From: a bacterium
Lineage (GTDB): Bacteria > UBA10199 > 2-02-FULL-50-16 > JAJFLM01
Length of the DNA: 64,000 bases
Assembly (NCBI GenBank): GCA_965216315.1
Contig: CBDCFN010000016.1
Location: 640,001 to 704,000 of the forward strand
Reading direction: 5' to 3'
Both the position numbers and the translations under genes were made by a program. The notes under the pieces were generated by a model. It was given only the letters and a program-made list of their open reading frames with translations. It made no database searches and was not told where the DNA came from. Positions 21,761 to 29,656 of this stretch are shown in pieces; position 1 is the stretch's first letter, and every line of letters starts with the position of its first letter.

Positions 21761-23962
21761 CTAGCGTTTGACGGCGACACGACGGAGCCGATGAACGAGT
21801 TGTCCGACCCCTAAGGTGATCAAGGCGATCATCAATAGGAGTAAGGTCATCGGCTGTGTCCGATCCGAGCGATGCGTGGTCAGGCTTCCCCCGCTGCAGC
21901 CGCCACCGGCCGTCAATGAGGGCTGGTCAATGCGCAGCGTAATGCGCGGATCGCTGGCGGCCTGGGTCCCATCGCTGAGCGCGGAAAGCCGTGTCGGATT
22001 AAAGGTGAAGAACTTCTGCCCCGTGCTGTCCTCGACTTCGCTGACGTCACTGGGATCCAGGGCGAGGGCGGCGGCATGGCGTTGACCGCCTGCGGCGACG
22101 TCTTCGGGTTTGACGTTCGTCGTAAAGGCAGTGAGCAGCCCGGCCTTGCCCTTCAGCCAACGCTTCATCAGTTGATTGAAGCAAATGGCCATTTGCTCAT
22201 GGGCCTCGGTGGCCGAGATTTTGTCATTGTGGGCCTTGCGATAGATTTCATTGATTTGCTGATAGCACTCATAGTCTTCTTTGTGCTTCCAATCCCCCAT
22301 AAACCAGGGATTGGAAGTCACGGAGTACTCCGACTCGGCCGAGGGATCGAGATCGACCCAGCCGTCCGGGCACAGGACCTTATCGTGCTGCGCGAAGTGC
22401 ACACAGACCTCGGCCCGTACCGGTGCCGTCGGAACGACGGGTGGGGTTGCTTCGGGGCTGGTTGGTTCCGGTTCTGGCTCCTTTTTTGGCTCTTCATCAC
22501 AGACGACTTCGCGCGTTTTTCTTAACCAGATGTCGCGTTCATCCATGTGGGTCAAATATCGGCGTTGATCGACCGTGCCTTCTACTTTCTTTTCGGCTAG
22601 GGCTTTTTCATATTCTTCAAGTTTTCTGCGCTCTTCTTCGCGCTGCAACTCGGTTTCTGTGGTGGAGCTATCTTTGGCCCGCTTTAACGAGTCGTCGATC
22701 TTTTTCTCGAAATCGTCGACCTCCGGTTGCTCGGCTTCTTGTTGAGCACAACAGGCGATGAGTTTCCAGAGATCGTCCATTTTGTTATCGGTATCGACGT
22801 AACGCACACGGACCTGGTTACTAATCTCCTTGCTGAGTTGCTCTTTCCGAATGGCATTCGCGAGTTCGTAGTCTCCGTCGAGATAAGCAAAAGAGCGTGT
22901 CTCTTTGACGTCTTCCTCGGCGGCTTGCGCTTCTTGCTGCATGGCTAAGAGTTGAATCTCCTGTTGAGTGCCGTTGCTCAGATTGGCTTGGCGAATGCCA
23001 TCTTGGTTGACGCGCACGATGCGTAGCGGTGTCGTATCGGCGTTTGCTTCGAGCTTCTCTTCTTCAATGCCGCGTTGCAGGACGATTTCCTGATCGGTTC
23101 CGCCATTTAAATAACGGGTTCTATCAGCATAGTTGTGAAAGTAAATGCGATCGCTCGTCACGGCCTGTTCAAGCCGGACTTTTTCTGCTTCGGGCTTTGC
23201 CACGGCGACTTCGACCTTTTCCGCTTCGGCGAGGATGGCTTCTTTTTGTGTATTCGCTTGAGCGAGTTCTGCTTCGATGGTTTCTTCCTTAGCCTTAGCG
23301 AGTTCCGTTTCCTTAGCCTGTTCCAAGATCGCTACTTTGGCTCGTTCAGCGACGAGCTTTTCTTCGGGAATGTCCCGAATAGTGCCGACGACCGAATCGA
23401 CTTCGCGTCCATAAAAATCCGCCAATGTTTTCTGACAGCAGAGCAGATATTTTTTGGCCTGCTCTTCGGTGATTTCACCCGCTTCCACTAATTTCCATAC
23501 GGCAATCTTGCACTGTATCGCGACGTCGTTGGTATTGACGCGCAGCTGTCCTTTTTCGACCGCCGTACGGATGTCATATTGAGCGACACGCCTCGCGACT
23601 TTATATTCTCCTTCGGGGGTGCCGACGGTTCGAACGATCGTCGCCGTCGGTTTTTCCTGGCTGAGGAAGGTCGCGTCGAGGCGGGTCGCATTACGCGCTG
23701 CGACGCTGTAGTCCAATGCGGCCTGCTCGCCTTCAATTGTTTTAAAAGAGCGTTCCAGCATCAGCTGTTCTTCGAGTGGCGGGACAATGGTTCCCTGGCT
23801 TTCCACTGGTGCGGCCTCCACGGCGCGAACGGTTTTGGTGGCAGAGGTGACGATTTCTTCTTTTGCGGCCTCGACCTTATCGGCGTCTTGCCCCTGGACT
23901 GTGCCATTGCTTATCGTTAATAAAAGGATCCCCAAGAGTGTCAGTAAGATTTTTGTTTTCAT
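21761..23962 (-). CDS. exported coiled-coil/Cys-containing protein with GGGC-TM-basic tail
   Basis: Signal peptide MKTKILLTLLGILLL...; tail AGGGCSGGSL...LLLLMIALITLGVGQLVHRLRRVAVKR. Confidence 0.85.
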   Translation of the reverse strand: MKTKILLTLLGILLLTISNGTVQGQDADKVEAAKEEIVTSATKTVRAVEAAPVESQGTIVPPLEEQLMLERSFKTIEGEQAALDYSVAARNATRLDATFLSQEKPTATIVRTVGTPEGEYKVARRVAQYDIRTAVEKGQLRVNTNDVAIQCKIAVWKLVEAGEITEEQAKKYLLCCQKTLADFYGREVDSVVGTIRDIPEEKLVAERAKVAILEQAKETELAKAKEETIEAELAQANTQKEAILAEAEKVEVAVAKPEAEKVRLEQAVTSDRIYFHNYADRTRYLNGGTDQEIVLQRGIEEEKLEANADTTPLRIVRVNQDGIRQANLSNGTQQEIQLLAMQQEAQAAEEDVKETRSFAYLDGDYELANAIRKEQLSKEISNQVRVRYVDTDNKMDDLWKLIACCAQQEAEQPEVDDFEKKIDDSLKRAKDSSTTETELQREEERRKLEEYEKALAEKKVEGTVDQRRYLTHMDERDIWLRKTREVVCDEEPKKEPEPEPTSPEATPPVVPTAPVRAEVCVHFAQHDKVLCPDGWVDLDPSAESEYSVTSNPWFMGDWKHKEDYECYQQINEIYRKAHNDKISATEAHEQMAICFNQLMKRWLKGKAGLLTAFTTNVKPEDVAAGGQRHAAALALDPSDVSEVEDSTGQKFFTFNPTRLSALSDGTQAASDPRITLRIDQPSLTAGGGCSGGSLTTHRSDRTQPMTLLLLMIALITLGVGQLVHRLRRVAVKR

Positions 23963-23976
23963 AATAAGCCGAGTCT

Positions 23977-23992
23977 TGCAATGCAGGTGCCA
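23977..23992 (-). promoter_or_regulatory. sigma-54 -24/-12 promoter
   Basis: Minus strand TGGCAC-CTGCA-TTGCA. Confidence 0.85.
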
Positions 23993-24073
23993 TTCCCTGA
24001 AAAAAATAAAAAATAAAGTGTATTAAAATTAGGAGCTTGCAAGGAGAGGGCTGCAATGGTGGCCGCGGTGCGA

Positions 24074-24207
24074 TTATCATAATGATAAAATTATCATATT
24101 GATAACGCGGTTGTTGCCACGGCGTGCATTTCGTAACGTCTTAGTTCAATTGGGTTTTTTTGCATTGGCTGTCAAAAGGATGACGTTTTTTCTTATCAAA
24201 GTGAGAA
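24074..24207. promoter_or_regulatory. three TTATCA-N3-TGA(T/G)AA palindromes in a divergent promoter region
   Basis: 24074-24088 TTATCATAATGATAA, 24091-24105 TTATCATATTGATAA, 24193-24207 TTATCAAAGTGAGAA. Confidence 0.65.
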
Positions 24208-24299
24208 TTTTTCCAAAAATTAAAGGATAAAATATTAACCTATGGTTAAATAGTTAAGTAATATCAACATTTTATAAAAGATGACTTGGCGCGAAAAAT

Positions 24300-24315
24300 A
24301 GGCACGTCAATTGCT
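24300..24315 (+). promoter_or_regulatory. sigma-54 -24/-12 promoter
   Basis: AGGCAC-GTCAA-TTGCT; IHF-consensus TATCAA-CATT-TTA at 24262-24274. Confidence 0.8.
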
Positions 24316-24328
24316 TCCCTAAAAGAGC

Positions 24329-27300
24329 ATGATTACATCAACTTCAGCACGGATCGGGGGCGTGCTGACCTCAACCCTGACCCTCCTTCTGCTCACGATG
24401 ATTCCGGTCGCGCCGGCTCAGGGGCAAGAGCTGCAACGGGTGCGGGCCCTGAAGGCGGTGGTGACCGAAACGGCGGCGACCGATAGCAGCTACGGCGTGG
24501 CCAATGCCTGCCTCGAATCAGATTTCAAGTCCCCCGGCTTTCGGACGCATACACCGGATGTGAAGGCGGCCTTAGGGCTCGGTTTTTCGACGGACACTCT
24601 TAAGGCCCTGCTTGAACGCTCCGCGGCCTGTGACGAAAAGACCTGCACGACCGAGGATCGTCTCGCCTTGTACGAGGCCTTCATTGAGGCCCTGGCGCCG
24701 GCCTTGGATTCTAATCTGGGTCTGGATTATTCAGCGCAGCTGGACATTGAAATGCCGGCCGGTTTTTTTGCGGCTCACGCCTCGCGTGATGTTGAGAATC
24801 GTGCTTTCGTGACCGGAGATAATGCGCTCAATTACATTTACAAAAAGCTTAATGCCGCGATTAACAAAGAAGCCGGAGAGACTGCTGGTTGGGGGCCCTC
24901 CGGTGTCGTGGCCGCAGACCATAATGGCGTGATCGATTACAAAGAACTGCTTGAGCCGGTCGATCCGACGGGAAGTCGCATGATTGAATACAAGGGCAAA
25001 CGTTATTTCGTTGTCCTCGATAGCGTAGGTGCGGAACTCAGGGAAAATTCCGCATTTATCGACGGCCGACTTGAGAAGGGTGAGTTTCCCGGCGGCCGGG
25101 CCCATCTCTATGAAGTGACTCAAGATGAAGACGGGGCTTGGAGCTATACGTATCTTTTAGCTTACGATGTCGGTTACAAGCCTTATGGGATTGAGTTTGA
25201 TGCCACTACGGGAACGGTCTACGTGGCAGGGAGTGGGGGCTTCTTTGGCAGCCAGGTGGTCGGGGGCAGTATTGCGGAATTTAATATCGAAAGTGACGTT
25301 GCGACCCATTATTCCACGGTTGATCCCGAGTTCTATGCCAGTAAAGGTTGGGTTCATGGACTGACGAAGTCGATGGCCTCCTATGGGGACTATATTTATC
25401 TCACGCCGCTGACATTGCCTAATCTGACGGTCAAAACATCGCTCGATGCAGAGTCATGTGTAGGGGGAACGGCTGGTTTTGCTTTCAGGGGGTTCTGCAC
25501 AGGACCGATCGAATTTAAGTTGAGCCAGGATGAATCAGGCCAACATTTCATTACGAGTGGTGAAGGTGCCGATCAACACACGGCACCGATAGAAAGTTTG
25601 GAGAGCAGTCCGTACTTTCCGACTGCCACGACTGTTCTGGGGTACGAATCCGGCAGCATGCTCATGCATATCGCGCCGGATTTGTATCAGGCTATTTGGG
25701 TGATTTCACATACGGAAAATATGCAGACGGTTGTCAAAATGCCTTTCACGGCGGGGAGCGCGGAGAATAGCTACCGTATCCATGAAATGAAGGCGTATTT
25801 CAAGGGTCCGGTCAATGCTGTCGCGGAACTTCGCATGAAAGAACATGGCGGCATTGATTTCATTGCGCGCACTCTCAATGGCAATTTAATTACTATCTAC
25901 AATAAGCTCACTCATCAATTGAGTTACCAAATGCTGGAGCATGAGCTCGCGTGGATTGAAAGCGAAACGCCGTTTGTCTTCAACCTGAGTGATACGGTGA
26001 GCGTTCAATTTGGGATTGGTGGCGGTTGGTCGGGTGTCGAGTACGGAAAAGTCGGCGACAAAGAAGGGCTGTTTTTTCATAAGTTGCGCAGCATGGATGC
26101 GGCCTTTGCCGCAGCCGATTCGATTGGTCCGGATGGAGCCGTGACGGTAAGCGGAGAAATAGGCTTTGCCAGCAAGGAGTACCAAGAGCGCGTCAAGGCC
26201 GCGTTGAAAATCGACGAGGTCAATGCCTTTATCAAGGAGTTGGATCTTATCGAAAATCCAGGGGTCAGTGTGAGTACGGAAGAAATGAGTAGCGGGATGG
26301 GTGCGTTGATTACAACGCTTCTTGCGCTTCATGCCGGGCCTCAAGAAATGATTTATATGCACCAAGCCGGTGAGCCGAGTGACATGTTTGCCCGCTTTGG
26401 TCTGGACTTTATCGGTTTCCTTAATCACGTACGCCCACCGGCTCACCATTTTATCGAGATCGATGGTTGGAAGAGCCCGGTGACTGAATTGCAGCAGTTG
26501 GAATTTTTTGGGGCGAGGGAGAGTGAACTGCGGGAGTATGAGAGCGCGAATACCTTGGAAGCGACGGAAAAACAGGCGATCGAGCTCGAGGCGGCCGAAA
26601 AGCAAGCGCTAGAATTGGAAACAGCAGAGCGAGAGGCGATCCAGCTGGAGGGTATTAAAAAAGAGGCCATCATCTTGGAAGCGCAGGAACGTGATACCAT
26701 CGAAGCACAACCTGTTGAAGCGCAAAAGGCCTACTTGATAGAGAGTGAAAAGGTTGAAGCCCAACCCGTCGAAGCGACAAAAGTCCTGATTCAAGAAAGT
26801 ACTACGGTAGAAGCTCAACCGCTCGAAACTAAGGAGACGATTAATCTTCAAATGGAAACCACGAAGGCCGTTGAACTCAAAGCGAGTGAGACACTGAATG
26901 CTGAGATGAAGACGACTGAGGCGACTGAACTCAAAGCAAATGAGACTCTGAATGCTGAGATGAAGACCACTGATACCGTGACGAATGAGCTCAAGACGGT
27001 ACAGGAACCGGTGAGAGTCTTGGAGGAAACGCAACCGAAAATTGAAATTGAGGATTCAACAAAGGTCTATCTGAAAGCCGCTCCGACGACGGAATATCAG
27101 TTTGAATTGAAAAAGAATATTGAAGCGGATCAATGTTCCGATGATCCTAACAAGATGGAGCCGGGTATTTGTGGCTGCGGAGTACCGGACGTCGATGCAA
27201 ACAGAAATGGTGTGATGGATTGCATCGAATCCAGTCGGTCACGCTCTTCGCTCGATGAACTATGGAATCTCTTTCGCATTCGCGAGGCAATGGCCCAGTC

Positions 27301-28474
27301 GGAAGGGGATCTTCGCCTGCAAGCTTCAGGAACGACCGATGGCACCTCTGATGCACGTATCGCGGTGAGCACGGAAAGCAGTCTTGATTACCGCGCCATC
27401 CTCATTCCCTTTTTGAAGGCGTTGGTGTCGGTGCAGTATCCGAGCGAAGTGAGCTGTACCAACTTGGATCGACCGGAGAAGACTCCGGAAATTCCGGAAG
27501 ACGAGCCCAAGGATGTTCCGGAAGATGAACCGAAGGACGTGCCCGAAGACATTCCGGAAGATATTCCGGAGGATGAGCCGAAAGATATTCCGGAAGATGA
27601 ACCGACGGATATCCCGGAAGACGAACCCAAGGATATTCCGGAAGATGAACCCAAGGATATTCCGGAAGATGAGCCGGAGCCGGAAACCAGCACCGTGCCT
27701 GAGAAAACGCCAATTCCCGGAACCTTGACGAGAAAAATGCCGACGCCACCGGACAGCACGGTACCTAAGCAACCGGCGCCACGTGAACCGGGGGTCACCT
27801 TGATTCCGGTCGATACGCCGAAAGAACCGCCGAAGATTGATGATACGGTTCCCGCGGCACCGGGCAACGTCGAAGAGATTCCTTCAGTTCGAACACTGAG
27901 GATGCCGGTGACATTGATCATCTTGCGTGGGCCCGGATGGTGTCACATCGCCGATGCAGGGACCGGTTGGTTTGTCCGCGTCGACTACGACAATTATCCC
28001 GATGTCTATAACGACTGTTTGGAGTTGGATCTGAGTGAAGACTGTAGCAGCGGTGAGTGCGGAAAGGTCTCCGAAGCCGTCGCCGACTTTTTGTGGGGGC
28101 AAGACGGACCCTTTGAGGAGAGCAATCTGAAGGCCTTGCAGGATCGCTTCAGCCAATTCGTCGGCGGCAAGTCATTGGACTCTCAGTTCTCTTCCCTGCT
28201 GAGCGGTACGCTTGATGGCAGTGAGCCGGCTGCGGAAGAGGTGTCCGAGACGAAATATCGTAAGAAACTGAATGTCGATTGGGTGAAGAAGCTGGAAAAG
28301 GGCTTCTGTAAAGAAGAAGGTTGTGACAAACGCCTGCGTAAGGCGCGGGTGACTTCACAAATGAGTACGGAAGCCAGCCAGGCGGCCGTCGTTCAGTATG
28401 GTGACGTAACCGCTTTTGCCGCGCAAGCGACGGTTAGCGGTGGCCGCGGTGGGTGCACGCTAGTCCGCAGGTGA
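24329..28474 (+). CDS. large exported protein with internal repeats and TM-less GGC-TLVRR C-terminus
   Basis: Signal peptide ...APAQG|QE; ends SGGRGGCTLVRR*; paralogue of the 29657 gene. Confidence 0.85.
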   Translation: MITSTSARIGGVLTSTLTLLLLTMIPVAPAQGQELQRVRALKAVVTETAATDSSYGVANACLESDFKSPGFRTHTPDVKAALGLGFSTDTLKALLERSAACDEKTCTTEDRLALYEAFIEALAPALDSNLGLDYSAQLDIEMPAGFFAAHASRDVENRAFVTGDNALNYIYKKLNAAINKEAGETAGWGPSGVVAADHNGVIDYKELLEPVDPTGSRMIEYKGKRYFVVLDSVGAELRENSAFIDGRLEKGEFPGGRAHLYEVTQDEDGAWSYTYLLAYDVGYKPYGIEFDATTGTVYVAGSGGFFGSQVVGGSIAEFNIESDVATHYSTVDPEFYASKGWVHGLTKSMASYGDYIYLTPLTLPNLTVKTSLDAESCVGGTAGFAFRGFCTGPIEFKLSQDESGQHFITSGEGADQHTAPIESLESSPYFPTATTVLGYESGSMLMHIAPDLYQAIWVISHTENMQTVVKMPFTAGSAENSYRIHEMKAYFKGPVNAVAELRMKEHGGIDFIARTLNGNLITIYNKLTHQLSYQMLEHELAWIESETPFVFNLSDTVSVQFGIGGGWSGVEYGKVGDKEGLFFHKLRSMDAAFAAADSIGPDGAVTVSGEIGFASKEYQERVKAALKIDEVNAFIKELDLIENPGVSVSTEEMSSGMGALITTLLALHAGPQEMIYMHQAGEPSDMFARFGLDFIGFLNHVRPPAHHFIEIDGWKSPVTELQQLEFFGARESELREYESANTLEATEKQAIELEAAEKQALELETAEREAIQLEGIKKEAIILEAQERDTIEAQPVEAQKAYLIESEKVEAQPVEATKVLIQESTTVEAQPLETKETINLQMETTKAVELKASETLNAEMKTTEATELKANETLNAEMKTTDTVTNELKTVQEPVRVLEETQPKIEIEDSTKVYLKAAPTTEYQFELKKNIEADQCSDDPNKMEPGICGCGVPDVDANRNGVMDCIESSRSRSSLDELWNLFRIREAMAQSEGDLRLQASGTTDGTSDARIAVSTESSLDYRAILIPFLKALVSVQYPSEVSCTNLDRPEKTPEIPEDEPKDVPEDEPKDVPEDIPEDIPEDEPKDIPEDEPTDIPEDEPKDIPEDEPKDIPEDEPEPETSTVPEKTPIPGTLTRKMPTPPDSTVPKQPAPREPGVTLIPVDTPKEPPKIDDTVPAAPGNVEEIPSVRTLRMPVTLIILRGPGWCHIADAGTGWFVRVDYDNYPDVYNDCLELDLSEDCSSGECGKVSEAVADFLWGQDGPFEESNLKALQDRFSQFVGGKSLDSQFSSLLSGTLDGSEPAAEEVSETKYRKKLNVDWVKKLEKGFCKEEGCDKRLRKARVTSQMSTEASQAAVVQYGDVTAFAAQATVSGGRGGCTLVRR
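27488..27685 (+). repeat. intragenic 24-bp (PEDEPKDI) tandem repeats, about 8 imperfect copies
   Basis: IPEDEPKDVPEDEPKDVPEDIPEDIPEDEPKDIPEDEPTDIPEDEPKDIPEDEPKDIPEDEP. Confidence 0.9.
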
Positions 28475-28507
28475 CGTAACGGACATTTCCGTGTATCGTG
28501 TCCTGTA

Positions 28508-29533
28508 ATGACCGTTACGATTGGGGTGATCGGGGCAGGGGCATGGGGAACCGCCCTTGCCAACGTCGTGGCGAATCAGGGCTACGAGACCTTGATGTGG
28601 GCCCGTGAGCCCGAAGTCGTTGCCGCCATCAATGATCAACACGAAAATACCCAGTATCTAGCCGGTATCCAGCTCAACGAGAATATTCGTGCGACGTCGA
28701 GCCTGGAAGAGTGCTGTCAGGCCCGCGAGCTTTTGATCTCCGTCGTGCCGGCTCAATATGTTCGAGCGGTCTGGTCGGAAGCGGCCCCTTATATAAAGGA
28801 GACGACTCCCATCGTCAGTGCCTCCAAGGGAATCGAGATTAGTTCGCATCAGTTGCTCAAAGACGTCTTTGAGGAAATCCTTCCCGGAATTTGTGGACGG
28901 CAGCTCGCTTTTTTATCCGGACCGAACTTTGCGCGTGAGATTGCCGAGGGCAAGGCGGCAGCGGCCACGTTGGCGTCATTAAATACTGAAATTGTACGCC
29001 ATGCGCAGGAGCTGATCTCTTCACCTCTCTACAAACTCTATGAAAGTAACGACATTGTGGGAGTTGAAGTGGGCGGAGCGATCAAGAATGTCATCGCAAT
29101 TGCCGCGGGTATCGTCGATGGGCTGGAGCTCGGGCACAGTTTGCGCGCGTCGATGATCACGCGTGGCCTGAATGAGATGACTCGTTTCGGCGTGGCGCTC
29201 GGGGCCGACCCGCTGACCTTTCAAGGGCTGTCGGGGATGGGCGACTTGATCCTGACCTGTACCGGTGATCTTTCCCGCAATCGAACCATGGGTCTCGAAC
29301 TCGCCAAGGGAAAGACCTGCAAGGAAATCCTCGGTTCGCGCCAAACGGTGACGGAAGGGGTTTCAACCGCGCGGGCCCTCCACGAACTCGCTGCGACGAT
29401 GGATCTCGATCTGCCGATCTCGGAGCAGGTCTATCAGGTCCTGTATAAGGATAGATCATGCGCCGAGGCCCTGACGACGCTCGCGGCGCGTCCTTTGAAG
29501 GCGGAGTTGGCTGGGATTACCGTATCAAAATGA
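28508..29533 (+). CDS. gpsA: NAD(P)H-dependent glycerol-3-phosphate dehydrogenase
   Basis: GAGAWGTALA, SKGIE, LSGPNFA, GGAIKNVIAIAAG, GLSGMGDLILTC...SRN. Confidence 0.97.
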   Translation: MTVTIGVIGAGAWGTALANVVANQGYETLMWAREPEVVAAINDQHENTQYLAGIQLNENIRATSSLEECCQARELLISVVPAQYVRAVWSEAAPYIKETTPIVSASKGIEISSHQLLKDVFEEILPGICGRQLAFLSGPNFAREIAEGKAAAATLASLNTEIVRHAQELISSPLYKLYESNDIVGVEVGGAIKNVIAIAAGIVDGLELGHSLRASMITRGLNEMTRFGVALGADPLTFQGLSGMGDLILTCTGDLSRNRTMGLELAKGKTCKEILGSRQTVTEGVSTARALHELAATMDLDLPISEQVYQVLYKDRSCAEALTTLAARPLKAELAGITVSK

Positions 29534-29553
29534 TAATTTTATCAATTTGATAA
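29522..29553. promoter_or_regulatory. tandem (G/T)TATCA-N3-TGATAA palindromes (putative UAS)
   Basis: GTATCAAAATGATAA (overlapping the gpsA stop) and TTATCAATTTGATAA. Confidence 0.65.
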
Positions 29554-29626
29554 AGGGCTCTGCTCGCTTAATGAGAAATTTACTTTATATTACCCGATGT
29601 TATAATTAGCCCTTCAAATCAATTGC

Positions 29627-29642
29627 AGGCATAGATCTTGCA
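29627..29642 (+). promoter_or_regulatory. sigma-54 -24/-12 promoter
   Basis: AGGCAT-AGATC-TTGCA. Confidence 0.75.
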
Positions 29643-29656
29643 GATTACTGAGGTTT

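Noticed and set aside
16628..29563. 13-bp identity TAAAGGGCTCTGC near two enhancer regions (16628, 29551)
   Set aside because: Opposite orientation and position relative to the promoters, and only two copies; may be chance.
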